A stretch of DNA of 64,000 nucleotides from Thermoprotei archaeon. GTDB lineage: Archaea; Thermoproteota; Thermoprotei; Thermoproteales; B15-G16. This document shows, in pieces, positions 20,660 to 31,464 of the stretch. Each line of letters starts with the position of its first letter. Within the stretch, counting starts at the first letter, position 1. Under the pieces are notes generated by a model. It was not told the origin of the DNA. It did not search any database and was given only the letters and a program-made list of their open reading frames with translations. A program made the position numbers and the translations under genes. The DNA lies in assembly GCA_003649205.1 (NCBI GenBank), contig QMRC01000001.1, positions 128,001 to 192,000 on the forward strand, read 5' to 3'.

Positions 20660-21952
20660 ATGTCGATCCTAGAGTTCATAGTAAATCTCTTTAGACAACC
20701 AGCGCTATTCATAGGGATCATAGCTTTAATAGGTTACCTACTAATGAAAGAAGACATAAACAAGACCATAATAGGATCCATAAAAGCTGCTGCAGGGCTT
20801 GCCATCCTATTATGGGGCGTAGGCTTTATGTTTCAAGGATTACAACCAATAGGCACCGTACTAGCAAAAACAGTTGGAGTAAAGCCTCTTGAAGTGACTG
20901 TCGGTACGAGTAAGATCATACGTCAGTACGGTACTGAGATAGGTATAGCTATGATAGTGATGTTCTTAACGAATCTATTCTTAGCAAGAGTAACTAAGAT
21001 GAAATATATATACCTAACGGGCCAGTTATATCTATTTGTTACATGGATTCTAACAGGCATCTTTGCATATACTTGGGGCCTTTCTGGAATACCACTGGCA
21101 CTTGTAGTAGGAGTTGTTTCCGGTATATACGTAACGATCCAACAATGGTATACAGCAAAATTTGCGCTCGCTATTAATCCTAAAAAGGATTACGTCCTAG
21201 GACACATATGTTCACTAGGTGTATTGATAACATCATTGATCTTCACAAAAGGAGGAAAACAGCTCGAAAGGCCATCACATGTTAGAAGTATGGAGGAGAT
21301 GACCTTACCAAAGAAATTACAGTGGATAGGAGAGACAACAGGCCTACTCTTTGTGCTGTTCCTAGTAATTTACTTAGTACTGATAGGATTAAACTACCCA
21401 GAATGTCTTAAACTGGCAACAGCTGCTGGCATGCATCCTGTTGTATGGGCAATCATGCAATCACTAACATTTACAGCAGGCTTCGCTGTTCTCATATTAG
21501 GCGTTCAGCTTCTTGTAGAGAACTTAATTCCTGCCTTTAAAGGTATAGCGTTGAAACTAGTTCCCGGTGCATTGCCTGGTCTTGATGTTCCAATGTTCTA
21601 TGTATTTGCACCAAAGACCACTGCGATCACAGGCGTAATTGGAATAATAGCACAAGTGGCGTTTGCTCTCATAGTCATGGCGCTAGGATACCCCTACTTC
21701 ATCTTTGCTCCTTCAGCGTGGGTATGGTTCCATGCAGCATGTGCCGGAGTATTTGGGAATCACTTCGGAGGAATAAGGGGTGCCATCACGGGTGCCATCA
21801 TTACAGCCTTGCTCATGGTTATAGGACAAATGATATTGACCCCAATACTGGGGCCTATAATAGGAGATTACTTCATGTGGGGCGGCGATCCTGACCTCCA
21901 AATATATGGCAGCATTATAGCGTGGCTAGGTAAGATGGTTACGGGACACTAG
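20660..21952 (+). CDS. ulaA: PTS ascorbate-family (UlaA/SgaT) EIIC
   Basis: QPALFIGIIALIG, KYIYLTGQ, LGHICS, PAFKGIALKLVPGALPGLDVP, GVFGNHFGG; ATG 20660 preferred as start. Confidence 0.88.
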   Translation: MSILEFIVNLFRQPALFIGIIALIGYLLMKEDINKTIIGSIKAAAGLAILLWGVGFMFQGLQPIGTVLAKTVGVKPLEVTVGTSKIIRQYGTEIGIAMIVMFLTNLFLARVTKMKYIYLTGQLYLFVTWILTGIFAYTWGLSGIPLALVVGVVSGIYVTIQQWYTAKFALAINPKKDYVLGHICSLGVLITSLIFTKGGKQLERPSHVRSMEEMTLPKKLQWIGETTGLLFVLFLVIYLVLIGLNYPECLKLATAAGMHPVVWAIMQSLTFTAGFAVLILGVQLLVENLIPAFKGIALKLVPGALPGLDVPMFYVFAPKTTAITGVIGIIAQVAFALIVMALGYPYFIFAPSAWVWFHAACAGVFGNHFGGIRGAITGAIITALLMVIGQMILTPILGPIIGDYFMWGGDPDLQIYGSIIAWLGKMVTGH

Positions 21953-22135
21953 CTATTACTTCAAAGCTTTGTTATATTTTTTACAAATTTTTAAGTCCTC
22001 TTAAGCAATTCCAAAACGCCTTCGAAGTGTTTTTGTTCATAGTATCGAGGTTAAAGCCTCAATACCTCCTAATCTTCTTCCATAAAGTTTTTATACCTTT
22101 AAGTGAAAGTCGAGTAGCTCTCGGAGGGTACATTA

Positions 22136-22813
22136 ATGGTACTGTGCATTATCTTTGATTTTGATGGAACACTTGTAAATACAAATGCTATACAGATTTC
22201 AATACTGGAAAATATCTTCAAAGAGTATCGTCTTGGTTCAAGGGAAATCTTATTGAGATACTTTGGGTTAAGAACTCAGGATTTCTTTGAAAAAGTACTA
22301 CCGGATGCAAGTGAAGAATTGAGAAGTAAGTTAGTTAATAAATTTTTAAGCGAGTATAAGAGGAGAGTTTTACTTGAAGCGGAGGTATTTCCAGACGTTA
22401 TTCCCACATTAGAGTCATTAAAGAACTATGATATAAAGATTGCAATTGCAACGTCTTCTCCGAAATCAATAGTTGAGCCTCTTCTCACTAAGACTAAACT
22501 AATTCAATTTGTAAATTACTATGTTACTGGGGACGATGTGGAACATGGTAAACCACATCCAGAAAGTGTATTTAAGATTCTTAACGTATTCAATATTCCA
22601 CCTAGTAGGTGCATTGTGGTAGGAGATACATTTTTTGATGTAAAGATGGCAAAGAATGCTCATTGTAAAGCGGTTCTCATAGTAAGAACCCCAATTTTTA
22701 TTTTCTCGTCAGAAGCACCTCTTCCAGATGTCATAATACCGAGGTTGCAAGATCTTATTTGGGTTATAAGGGAATGGTTTCCAGAAGAACTACTACCGCA
22801 TAAGCGAAAGTAG
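22136..22813 (+). CDS. HAD-superfamily phosphatase
   Basis: FDFDGTL, ATSS, GKPHP, VGDTFFD. Confidence 0.92.
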   Translation: MVLCIIFDFDGTLVNTNAIQISILENIFKEYRLGSREILLRYFGLRTQDFFEKVLPDASEELRSKLVNKFLSEYKRRVLLEAEVFPDVIPTLESLKNYDIKIAIATSSPKSIVEPLLTKTKLIQFVNYYVTGDDVEHGKPHPESVFKILNVFNIPPSRCIVVGDTFFDVKMAKNAHCKAVLIVRTPIFIFSSEAPLPDVIIPRLQDLIWVIREWFPEELLPHKRK

Positions 22814-23454
22814 GTAACTACATTATATATGTACCCATTGCTATGTCATTGCGACTCTTATAGTTACGTATTTATGCATTACGATTTCCTTAAATACTGA
22901 AAAGAGTTCTTCAACTATACTCTATTGCAGACTGATCTAAAAGTAGGGGTAGTTAATAGAACAGGTCTCCAGATAAGATCTGCTGTACTCTTTGTTGATA
23001 TGTATCAAAAATTTGAAGTCAGATATAAGGGTAATTCAGGGAAAAAAGCTAACGCTAAAACATACTTCAAGTCCTTACTCTGGGAGTCGATATGAGTAAC
23101 AAAAGTAACAAAAATAGTGCAAAGGTAATGATTAGAGAGGTCTTGTAATGAGTATGGATTATGGATGATGTTTATTTTTCATAATGATTCTTGCTACAAT
23201 ATTAATTTACTCTTTTCAACTGTTCTAGAACCTAGCTAGTTAGGTTACTAAAGTCTCTTATCTAAAAGATTACTTTCATTTGTGTTAAAGACCATACGAG
23301 GTAATTTAGCTAGACTCTACGTCGATAAGATTTAGTAGAGCTCCATTACAGATACAGATAAAGAACTATCAGGTGTTTAGCTGTAAATGCACAGGCTAAT
23401 GTCTATGTTAGTTTAGTCGTGTTATACCCTGAATAGAGTTCTTTAACATTTTTA

Positions 23455-23690
23455 CCTGTAATTTTCATCGACTGAATTCTTCAATCCTACAGTTATCTTT
23501 ACACGCTCTCTGAGTTCTGGTTCATGAAGTATTGAAGCAGTAACCATATCCGCTCTGCTGCTTTTGCAGTCAATAACTCTATAGCTTTGATTTTGCTGGA
23601 ATCTCTATTTCTTCAATCACACCTTCAACAAAATATCCTCATGATTGGTGGGCTTTTCTGTTCAACACCGCAAATAGTTAAAACTTGAAT
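23455..23690 (-). pseudogene. Decayed PTS EIIB (UlaB-like); limits approximate
   Basis: Fragments IQVLTICGV..MRIF / VEGVIEEIEIPAK / ADMVTAS..ITVGLKNSVDE joined across frameshifts. Confidence 0.6.
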
Positions 23691-23739
23691 GATTTAGTGA
23701 GTTTGTAGGCGTATTTAGAGCATCATAAGCAACTTAAAT

Positions 23740-24956
23740 TTAACTACTATATAAGGAGTGGAGAAGTAGGGGTTGCTATTGATTACTTACTATCGATTAT
23801 ATGTTAAGAACCTCTTAGTACTGGTCTAGTAGGTCTTTGAGTAGCCACATTATAAGGCTGCTTCTTTCCGACCTCCGGAGGGATTACCAAATATAGCTAC
23901 TGCTTCGCTTAGGAAGAATAGCATCTTCATCAATAGCACTATTATTGTGAACCTTGTAAAGAAGAATATTGCCATGAATATCAAGAATATAGTGAGTCCA
24001 CTCACAAACTCTATGACTATAGTTACTGGTGTTCATGGGAAGACAACTGGACAGTCTAGTACTAGTTAGCTCTTGGTATGATTTTCATAGCTAAACCCCT
24101 GAAGGCTGGTATGACCTCAGCTATGAACATCTTAACTCTGGTTAGTAGTACAATGATTGATGTAGCGAAGTACACACCTTTCAGGGATGCCCATGTACTG
24201 GATTGAGTTACCTTGCAAGTCCCTACACTTTAGCTGGGTTTATGAAGTATCCTGTAATGGATGTCATTACCATTATAAGTCCAAAGCCTTCAGAGAACTT
24301 AATTTCGTCTATACTTTCTTCTAGCTAGCTAACGTACTCACCTAGCATATAAGCTAGGTGAGCAGCGAGAGAACTAGTATTTCCATGAGTTATTTCATCT
24401 GTATTTATAATGGTTCTCATAACTCTGTTTAGGTATGCTGGCTGAATACTTTAGTACAGTGTTATGACTATGAACCCTATAGCTACCAACTGCTATGGAG
24501 GAATATTTGGGCCTATAGTTAGTTTGGTAATGTTACTACTACAGTTAGTGAGACTCACCGCACTAAGTGACCTGTTGAGTAAACGAATTTCATGGGTGTG
24601 AATTTGGCAGTGAATAGACGAATTATGAATCCTAAGTCATTATTATAGCTGTGTAGCTTCTGTACTTAGCTATTAAATCGCTTATAAGCTAACATAGTCA
24701 AGTGGGTATTTAGGAGTTAAACCTGCAACGCTACCTAATAGATTCTGGAGGTTTTTCTGGAAATTTATTAGCTCTTGAACGAATAATGTTGCTCTAGTAG
24801 TTGTTATTCCTACTCCTCCATTACTTTGGATGTACTGATGATAGCATTGCTAAAAGGTTTTCTGAATCATAAACCTAGTGAAACCTACTAGACCTAGCAG
24901 TATTATCGGTTGACCAATACTATGTTTCTAGCTATCCAGACGAGTACATCAAGCAC
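23740..24956 (-). pseudogene. Decayed second UlaA-type PTS EIIC; limits approximate
   Basis: Fragments GQPIILLGLVG, AKFTPMKFVYSTGHL, VKMFIAEVIPAFRGLAMKIIP, LDCPVVFP with many stops and frameshifts. Confidence 0.8.
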
Positions 24957-25244
24957 TTCTAGATTCTTCTCTCAGAAATTTTCCTATATACAATTCCCTA
25001 TGTGTGGTAATGATAGAATAGTAAGTTTCCATTTTAGTAAATAATGTTTAGTAAAGTGGGCTCGGGATGTTAACCTGTAAGGAATTGCAAAACAGATTTA
25101 AAGGGTTTAAATTCTGTGTAGTTAGTATCTCACTATGCCGCTTGTACCTAAAGAGACCCTATAATGTAGGTGCTTTTAAACACAGTAGCAAGTGAAATAA
25201 CGCAAAACACAAATAAACACAATTTCTTATACTCACACGGGCGA

Positions 25245-25335
25245 GCCGGGGTGGCCTAGCCTGGTCCATGGCGGCGGCCTGCTAAGCCGCTGGGGCAGTG
25301 GCCCCGCCCGGGTTCAAATCCCGGCCCCGGCGCCA
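25245..25335 (+). tRNA. tRNA-Ser(GCT)
   Basis: GCGGC-CTGCTAA-GCCGC, long variable arm, encoded CCA. Confidence 0.95.
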
Positions 25336-25734
25336 CTTCTACTAATTCCCTAAGTGTTACCTTCTGTAAACTTTGGTGGTGCGGTGGAGGTATTCCTTGG
25401 GGTGTAGAGGCCTATAGCTGGTTTTCAGAGGACTTACGATCCTGTAATTGGTGATACTCATAGCTTACTACTTGAGTATGGGTACTCTACACTATTTAGG
25501 GTACTTAGTTGATTAGTTGATCTCTTTTCGTGAATGAAAGAGGATGTGTCCAGGATTGGTTATGTTCTTTTTCACGGGCTTTCTCATGATGTAGAGGATG
25601 TGTTGTGTATGGTGTTCTGAGGAGAGTTTATTGAGGGTTACGTGAAGTAGGTTCTTGAGTCTAGTGTCTGTAGGTCTGATGTGAAGTTTTGAGGTGTTGT
25701 AACTAGGTCAATGGTTCATGGTGGAGAGTAGTAC

Positions 25735-26142
25735 ATGCCTTGTGAACGATATATTGACTGGCTGGATGAAGCTCTCGATGATTATGGTACTGCTGAGGAT
25801 CTCTTTCGGCTAGGTAGGTACAGTAAGACCTGTTTCTTCTGTCATCAAGCATGTGAAAAAGCTCTCAAGGCTTTACTAATCAAGAGAGCTGGTCGCTATG
25901 TACCGATACATAGTGTTGCTGAGTTACTTAGGATTGCTGCTTCGATCACTAATGTACCTAGTGAGTTAGTTAGAAAGGGTGATGTCTTGGATCGATTCTA
26001 CATACCTACCAGGTACCCTAATGCATGGCCTTCAGGTGCACCCTACAAGCACTACACTAGGGAGGATGCTGAGTTAGCTCTTAGATATGCAAGGGAGGTG
26101 CTCGAGTTTGTTAAGAGAGAGATTGAGAGAGATTCTAGCTAG
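25735..26142 (+). CDS. HEPN-domain protein
   Basis: HQACEKALKA, IHSV, YIPTRYP. Confidence 0.9.
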   Translation: MPCERYIDWLDEALDDYGTAEDLFRLGRYSKTCFFCHQACEKALKALLIKRAGRYVPIHSVAELLRIAASITNVPSELVRKGDVLDRFYIPTRYPNAWPSGAPYKHYTREDAELALRYAREVLEFVKREIERDSS

Positions 26143-26491
26143 AGTGAGTTCTCTCGATCTTCTTGACGACTTGGTGAAAGTTCTGGAGGACTTAGTGAGG
26201 AGCTATAGACCTCTCTCTATCATTATTGCTGGTTCTCTTGCGAGAGGGGACTTCATTAGGGGGTTGAGTGATATTGATGTTCTAGTTATTGTTGGGTACT
26301 CTGTTGATAAGTTTAGTAGATTTCTGTTGAGAGCTGTTGATGAGGTTGATGTTGAGATTACGGTGTTTAGTCTTGAGGAGGTTATTGAGTGTATTGAGAG
26401 AGGTAATGAGTTTGTGATTGATGCTCTTGTACGTGGTTGTGAAGTATATGGTAATCTACGGGGTGTACTGCTTAGATATGTCAAGCGTTAA
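26087..26491 (+). CDS. Minimal nucleotidyltransferase (MNT)
   Basis: GSLARGD..SDIDV; overlaps the HEPN gene. Confidence 0.88.
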   Translation: MQGRCSSLLRERLREILARVSSLDLLDDLVKVLEDLVRSYRPLSIIIAGSLARGDFIRGLSDIDVLVIVGYSVDKFSRFLLRAVDEVDVEITVFSLEEVIECIERGNEFVIDALVRGCEVYGNLRGVLLRYVKR

Positions 26492-26504
26492 TTGTTAAAT
26501 AGTC

Positions 26505-27764
26505 TTGATCCTGTTTCAGTTTTGGGTGATTTGTATTGACATCTACCATAGTATTCACTTAACGTGTATCAATTGTGGTGAAGTGTTTCCTCCAAATGCT
26601 GTTTTGTATACTTGTCCTCGTTGTGGTTCTCTTCTTGAGGTAAGGTATGAGTTGAGAGTAGGTGTTTCATGGTCTATCTTTAGGTCAAGGCCTTTCACTA
26701 TGTGGAGATATCGTGAGTTGATTCCTGTTGATACAAGGTACGTGGTTTCTCTTGGTGAAGGTGGTACACCACTGTACAGAGCTGAGAAGTTAGCTAGGTG
26801 GGTTGGTGTTAAGCGTCTTTACTTGAAGTTTGAGGGTGCTAATCCGACAGGTTCGTTTAAGGATAGAGGTGTTTGTGTTGGTATTGCGAAAGCTCTGGAG
26901 TGTGGTGCTAGGGTTGTTGCCTGTGCTTCAACGGGTAATACTGCTGCTTCTGTCGCTGCGTATTCAGCGAGAGCTGGAGTGAAATGTGTTCTCTTCTTAC
27001 CTGAAGGTAAGGTTGCTCCTGGTAAGTTATTTCAAGCACTTCTCCATGGAGCTACAGTAATCGAGCTGAATTGCAACTTTGATGAAGCACTGAGGTTAGT
27101 GCTTAAGCTATGTGGGCGAGGTTGCATGTACTTACTGAACTCAGTTAATCCATGGAGGTTAGAGGGTCAGAAGTCTATTGCGTATGAGATAGCTGATGTC
27201 ATTGGTGTTCCAGATTATGTCGTTGTCCCTGTGGGTAATGGTGGAAACATATCAGCTATATGGAAGGGCTTTCGTGAACTACATGACCTCGGTCTAGTAG
27301 GTGAATTACCTAGGATGATTGCTGCTCAAGCTACGGGCGCTGCACCTATCGTTAAGGCATTTAGGGCTGGTAAGGTAACGGTAGATCCTGTTAATGAGCC
27401 TGAGACTATAGCTACAGCCATTAGGATTGGAAATCCTGTCAATGCACCTAAAGCACTTAAAGCGCTTTACGAGTCTAGAGGACTTGCTGAAGCTGTTAGC
27501 GATTACGAGATATTGGAAGCGCAGGTAGCTATCGCTAGGTATGAGGGTATTGGTGTTGAGCCTGCTAGTGCTACCTCAGTTGCTGTATTGAGGAAGCTAG
27601 TTCATGAGGGAGTACTTGAACCTGATGCAACATATGTATGTGTTCTCACAGGACATGCACTTAAGGATCCTTCGGTAGTAGATTACCTCAGTAAATGGGT
27701 TGAAAGGTATCGGTGTGGTGTAGGTGATATTCACTACATTCTTGAAACCGTGCTGAGGAAGTGA
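26505..27764 (+). CDS. thrC: Threonine synthase
   Basis: N-terminal Zn ribbon, NPTGSFKDRG, ASTGNT, PVGNGGN, LTGHALKD. Confidence 0.92.
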   Translation: MILFQFWVICIDIYHSIHLTCINCGEVFPPNAVLYTCPRCGSLLEVRYELRVGVSWSIFRSRPFTMWRYRELIPVDTRYVVSLGEGGTPLYRAEKLARWVGVKRLYLKFEGANPTGSFKDRGVCVGIAKALECGARVVACASTGNTAASVAAYSARAGVKCVLFLPEGKVAPGKLFQALLHGATVIELNCNFDEALRLVLKLCGRGCMYLLNSVNPWRLEGQKSIAYEIADVIGVPDYVVVPVGNGGNISAIWKGFRELHDLGLVGELPRMIAAQATGAAPIVKAFRAGKVTVDPVNEPETIATAIRIGNPVNAPKALKALYESRGLAEAVSDYEILEAQVAIARYEGIGVEPASATSVAVLRKLVHEGVLEPDATYVCVLTGHALKDPSVVDYLSKWVERYRCGVGDIHYILETVLRK

Positions 27765-27765
27765 T

Positions 27766-28254
27766 TTAGAATGGTACTCTACTTCTCCATGAGACAATAC
27801 CTGTTATCGTGAAGTAGAGTGAGAAGAAGATAACGTAGTTCCTCAGATACGGTACCTCCACGTATGGTTCTACGACGTACATACTACCAATGACTAGCGT
27901 AGCTATGGTAGTACTCACAACTATCTGAATTAGGCTTCTTAACTGTAATAACCTTAGCCTGGTAACGTAGTAGAGAGATGTTATGGATGATGCTATGTTG
28001 TATGAGATAACGTAGCTAGGTAACAGTACAGTAACTGCCATAAGTACTGTGAAGTCAAGTATGGCTCTACACCCAAGTATTGTTGAGAGAATTACTGGTA
28101 CCAATATCATAGCTCCGAGGAGTGGCGCATTCTTAGTGAGAATGTCATTATTCCTGAGTACCTCTCGATTTGACTTACTGGTAGGGTTCAGGTTCACTAG
28201 TATGGATGTACAGAGAGCAAGTACATTCAGTAGTAGGTGGTCAAGTAGATTCAC
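27766..28254 (-). CDS. Hypothetical membrane protein
   Basis: Several hydrophobic segments. Confidence 0.55.
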   Translation of the reverse strand: MNLLDHLLLNVLALCTSILVNLNPTSKSNREVLRNNDILTKNAPLLGAMILVPVILSTILGCRAILDFTVLMAVTVLLPSYVISYNIASSITSLYYVTRLRLLQLRSLIQIVVSTTIATLVIGSMYVVEPYVEVPYLRNYVIFFSLYFTITGIVSWRSRVPF

Positions 28255-28347
28255 TAACTCAGTCCCCCTTTTCTGAACTGATCGTTATCACCAGACTTAT
28301 ATCTCTTAACCGATATCACCTAGGTAAAGAATACATGTGCTCTAGAT

Positions 28348-28857
28348 CTACCTAATGTACTTCTCTAAAGTTCTCGAGAAGACTTCTCTCAATTCATCTG
28401 GGTTAAGCGATATGTACTTACACAGTCTAGCTAAGCTCATAGCGTAGATCTCAAGTAGCTCAAGAACTATCTTCTTTAATTCCTCAGGCTCGATACCCCT
28501 GATGGACTTTAACAGCAGCGCAACACTCTTACCGATGGGTGTTAATCTGTACCACTTAACCCAGACGTACTTCTCACCCGTCTTAATCTTCTCAATGCCC
28601 TCCTCGAGAATACCTTCCTCTACAAACATTCTGAGGTACCTAATTATCGTCTTATTCGAGTGGCCACGTAACTTCCTGATTAAGTCCTTCTGGTATGTCT
28701 TGTCGTGCATATCCATGTTCAGCAGTATGTCGATAGCTACTTTCGACCTGAAGATCGTTGAAAGTACGTTAATCCAGTACTCTCTCCTACACGGTAGCAA
28801 CAATATTACTGGCCAGTACTTTAGCTCCTGCTCTCTCTCGGTAAGCACTCTCCTCAC
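28348..28857 (-). CDS. Winged-helix putative transcriptional regulator
   Basis: YQKDLIRKL..SNKTIIRYL..GIL..WYRLTPIGK. Confidence 0.7.
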   Translation of the reverse strand: MRRVLTEREQELKYWPVILLLPCRREYWINVLSTIFRSKVAIDILLNMDMHDKTYQKDLIRKLRGHSNKTIIRYLRMFVEEGILEEGIEKIKTGEKYVWVKWYRLTPIGKSVALLLKSIRGIEPEELKKIVLELLEIYAMSLARLCKYISLNPDELREVFSRTLEKYIR

Positions 28858-29007
28858 CCTATCAATACACTCTCGGTAGGTGGGTGTAGTAAAGTGTAGC
28901 CCTTACGCCTTTGGAATTTGCTCTTAGTAATTAGCTTATCATGGTAACGTTTATATGACGGAGTTTCCCTCTGTACACTGGAGTGTTGTTTAGGGAAGTG
29001 TATCTTC

Positions 29008-29775
29008 ATGGGTAGCTGGTGTGAGTACAAAAGACCATTTACGCTAAAGGTCGCATTGATTGCTGTGTTTGCTGCTTTCTTCTACGCAATTCTCTGGCTT
29101 CCAGGAATTCCAGCTATCGGTATTCCAGGTCTCAAAATTCAGTGGACTGCATCAATGGCTTCTGTCATAGCTATGTTACTAGGACCTGGTCTTGCACCGA
29201 TCGCTGTTCTCATAGGTTCTGTACTCAAGACACTGTACCCTCTAACTCCCTTCGGTATACCATTCATGTTCTGTCCAGTTCTTAATGCTATCTGTGTCTC
29301 CTTGATGTTGAGAGCAAGGAGTTTCTACCTCGCTTACCTAGTACCGCAACTGTACTTCATCACAATGCTGGTGCTCACATACTTGACACCAGTATTCTAC
29401 GGATACCTCTACCCATACTACGTAGTTGGGCTTGCAGATGTGATAGCAGCTACAGCTCTTGTACTACCAGCTTACTTACTTAGTCGTGGAGTATTCACTA
29501 CTACATCGTTGAAAACTGCTATTGGACTCTTCTTAGTTATGTTCATAGGTACTGAGGCGGATATTGTGCTAGGTGACTTTGCATTCTGTCTACCGATTGT
29601 ACACCGTACACTCTTTGGAATTCCAACGGAAGCAGCTAGAATGGCATTTCTTGCTAAGCCACTGTACATAGCTATTGAGCACGTACTTAGAGCATTACTC
29701 GCTTACTTGGTAGCTATACCGTTGCTTAGTATAGTTCGTAAGAGTAGTAGGTTGAGGTATGTATTTGGTCTATAG
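29008..29775 (+). CDS. ECF transporter substrate-binding (S) component
   Basis: Multi-TM, AxxxA motif and LLGP; first gene of an ECF operon. Confidence 0.75.
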   Translation: MGSWCEYKRPFTLKVALIAVFAAFFYAILWLPGIPAIGIPGLKIQWTASMASVIAMLLGPGLAPIAVLIGSVLKTLYPLTPFGIPFMFCPVLNAICVSLMLRARSFYLAYLVPQLYFITMLVLTYLTPVFYGYLYPYYVVGLADVIAATALVLPAYLLSRGVFTTTSLKTAIGLFLVMFIGTEADIVLGDFAFCLPIVHRTLFGIPTEAARMAFLAKPLYIAIEHVLRALLAYLVAIPLLSIVRKSSRLRYVFGL

Positions 29776-29792
29776 TTTGAAGTGATGTAGCT

Positions 29793-30650
29793 ATGTTGAG
29801 GAATAGGGATGTTGTCATTGAGTTTAGAGGTGTTTGGTATAGGTATCCACATAGTGATGACTACGCTCTCAAGGATATCAATTTGAGGATTTACCGTGGT
29901 GAATTTGTCGTTGTTGTTGGTCCTAGTGGTTGTGGTAAGTCAACTCTTGTTCGCTGTATCAATGGTCTGATACCGCACTACTATGGTGGTGAGTTGAGAG
30001 GTCAGGTAATTGTTTGCGGTTTAGATACTAGAGAGGTTACTGTTCAAGAGATTTCTAGGTACGTTGCAACAGTTCTTCAAAATCCTGAAGATATGTTGAT
30101 CACTGATCTAGTTGAGGATGAGCTTGCTTTCACACTCGAGAACTTAGGTTACTCAGAATCTGAGATTAAGGAGAGAATTAGGTGGGTTGCTAAGTTACTA
30201 GATATCGAGCACCTACTAAGGAGATCAACACTAGATCTCTCTTATGGTGAGATGCAGAAAGTCGCTTTCGCAACAGCTCTCATACTGAAGCCTAAGATTC
30301 TTCTACTCGATGAGTTTACTAGTAATCTCGATCCGTACTCAGCACAGTACTTCGCATCTATTGTAGATGAGCTTAGACGTAAGGAGGGCACTACTGTCAT
30401 CAATGTATGTCATAGGTTGGAGTACTTCCTCAAGTACTGTACGAGGTTAATTGTCATGAATTCAGGTAGAGTAGTAGCTGATGGTGATCCACGGACAGTA
30501 CTTTACGATGTACTTGAGGATTACAATTACCCACCTTTAGTTTTCATCTTCAAGAACTTGAGGGAACTCGTGAATCTTTATGGTAAACCAATTACTGTTG
30601 AGGAGGGTAGATTAGTTCTTGAGAAATTCCTCAAAAGAATTAGTAATTGA
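29793..30650 (+). CDS. ECF transporter ATPase A
   Basis: GPSGCGKS, QNP, LSYGE, LLLDE. Confidence 0.9.
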   Translation: MLRNRDVVIEFRGVWYRYPHSDDYALKDINLRIYRGEFVVVVGPSGCGKSTLVRCINGLIPHYYGGELRGQVIVCGLDTREVTVQEISRYVATVLQNPEDMLITDLVEDELAFTLENLGYSESEIKERIRWVAKLLDIEHLLRRSTLDLSYGEMQKVAFATALILKPKILLLDEFTSNLDPYSAQYFASIVDELRRKEGTTVINVCHRLEYFLKYCTRLIVMNSGRVVADGDPRTVLYDVLEDYNYPPLVFIFKNLRELVNLYGKPITVEEGRLVLEKFLKRISN

Positions 30651-31464
30651 GGTTCGAGATCTCTGGTTTAGGTACTCTAGAGAGAGTCCTTGGGTACTTA
30701 GAGGTATTGATCTTGAGCTATATAGTGGTGAGATTGTTGCTATTGTCGGTAGGAATGGTTGTGGTAAAACTACCTTGATTAAGCACTTCAATGGTCTTCT
30801 CAAGCCATGTAGAGGTATTGTGAAGGTCTTAGGTATGGATACGAGGTATGTAAGTACGAGTGAGCTGTCTAAGTACGTTGGTATTGTATTTCAGAACCCG
30901 ATTTATCAATTCTCGTGTTCAACAGTATTCGATGAAGTAGCTTTTGCACTTAGACTACGCAACTTACCAAGTGATGTAGTTGAGAAGCTAGTTAACTCAG
31001 TTCTAAGTGAGTTAGGAATAGTTCATCTAGCTAATAGGTGCCCATATGATCTATCTCTTGGTGAGCAACGTCGTGTATCGATAGCGTCAGTACTCGTGTA
31101 TAGACCTAAGGTTTTGGTACTTGATGAACCGACGACTGGTCTAGATTACAGGAGTAAGCTCTTTCTACTGAACGTCATAAGGAGGGAGAGGGAGAGAGGT
31201 TGTTGCATTGTGCTCGTTACGCATGACATGGAGTTTCTCTGTGAGTTAAAACCTGATAGAGTAGTCTTGATGGATGATGGGAAGGTAATCTACGTTGGTG
31301 ATCCTAGAGAGGTTATGTATAGTCCTGAATTACTTAGTAGATGCAATCTAGTACAACCTCAAGTACCTGCGCTTTCCCGAGGATTGCTCTCAGCAAGGCC
31401 TCTATCAGCGAAGGAGTTCTTGAGTGAGTTCATGAAGATGAGGGATGTGAGTGGTACTCCGTAG
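30619..31464 (+). CDS. ECF transporter ATPase A'
   Basis: GRNGCGKT, FQNP, LSLGE, LDEPTTGLD. Confidence 0.9.
   Translation: MRNSSKELVIEVRDLWFRYSRESPWVLRGIDLELYSGEIVAIVGRNGCGKTTLIKHFNGLLKPCRGIVKVLGMDTRYVSTSELSKYVGIVFQNPIYQFSCSTVFDEVAFALRLRNLPSDVVEKLVNSVLSELGIVHLANRCPYDLSLGEQRRVSIASVLVYRPKVLVLDEPTTGLDYRSKLFLLNVIRRERERGCCIVLVTHDMEFLCELKPDRVVLMDDGKVIYVGDPREVMYSPELLSRCNLVQPQVPALSRGLLSARPLSAKEFLSEFMKMRDVSGTP

Noticed and set aside
11421-25244. Integrative element bounded by tRNA-Ile and tRNA-Ser
   Set aside because: Both tRNAs point away from the island; no duplicated tRNA 3' end and no integrase seen
25735-26491. HEPN-MNT pairs (also 47727..48540) as novel systems
   Set aside because: Well-known, abundant modules in thermophilic archaea
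28860-29007. Riboswitch upstream of the ECF operon
   Set aside because: No recognisable TPP, FMN or cobalamin consensus
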